Source: Octopus sinensis (taxonomy: Eukaryota). Taken from it: a stretch of DNA of 21,850 bases. The notes under the pieces are model-generated. The model did not search any database, was not told the origin of the DNA, and saw only the letters and a list, made by a program, of their open reading frames with translations. The stretch spans positions 1 to 21,850 of the forward strand of contig NW_021823629.1 of the NCBI RefSeq assembly GCF_006345805.1, written 5' to 3'. Position 1 is the first letter of the stretch. Each line of letters begins with the position of its first letter. Shown here piece by piece: positions 21,584-21,850 of this stretch. Position numbers and translations under genes: made by a program.

Positions 21584-21850
21584 TCATATATACGACAGGC
21601 TTCCTTCAGTTTCCAACTACCAAATCCACTCACAAGGCTTTGGTTGGCCCGGGGCTATAGAAGAAGACGCTTGCCCAAGATTCCACGCAGTGGGACTGAA
21701 CCCAGAACCATGTGGTTGGTAAGCAAGCTACTTACCGCACAACCACTCCTGTGCCTTTGCTAGAGAAAGATGAGCTGGTGAAAGTTGTATGTATCATGGC
21801 TGTCTCTGGTCATCTCATTTCACCAACTGGCTTTTGCTTTACGAAATTCT

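Larger units (their letters stand above)
21003..21756 (-). mobile_element. tRNA-derived, CORE-like SINE split at its internal microsatellite
   Basis: The head (21756-21590) reads AGGCACAGGAGTGGTTGTGCGGTAAG...GGGTTCAGTCCCA (A/B boxes) and carries a CORE-like CTTGGGCAAG. The 3' body (21003-21195) matches the fragment at 2462-2526. The middle is simple repeat plus a ~300-bp insert. Confidence 0.8.

Overview
AT-rich eukaryotic genomic DNA. It is very likely from an octopus or other coleoid cephalopod, judged from the [16 protein letters not shown]-type fingers and the SINE/RTE types; this is an inference. The core is a tandem cluster of three minus-strand C2H2 zinc-finger genes (CDS 5684-6430, 10453-11523, 15106-16302) with no effector domain. 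Each sits in a ~4.5-5 kb duplicated unit with a conserved predicted non-coding exon 1, intron and CCAAT promoter. The middle gene looks like an unequal-crossover chimera of the other two. Gene 3 has a single in-frame TAG that hides three further intact fingers. The flanks are dense in transposable elements: the 3' end of an RTE LINE whose 3'UTR is triplicated and built of hairpin+pseudoknot modules, RTE reverse-transcriptase (RT) relics, several tRNA-derived SINEs, two MITE families, and a Tx1/L1-like ORF1 cut off at the start of ORF2. At 21263-21392, nested in a SINE's microsatellite, is a hammerhead ribozyme with a complete catalytic core, of the minimal type I form found in Penelope-like elements. 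All alignments, folds and identity estimates were done by eye.
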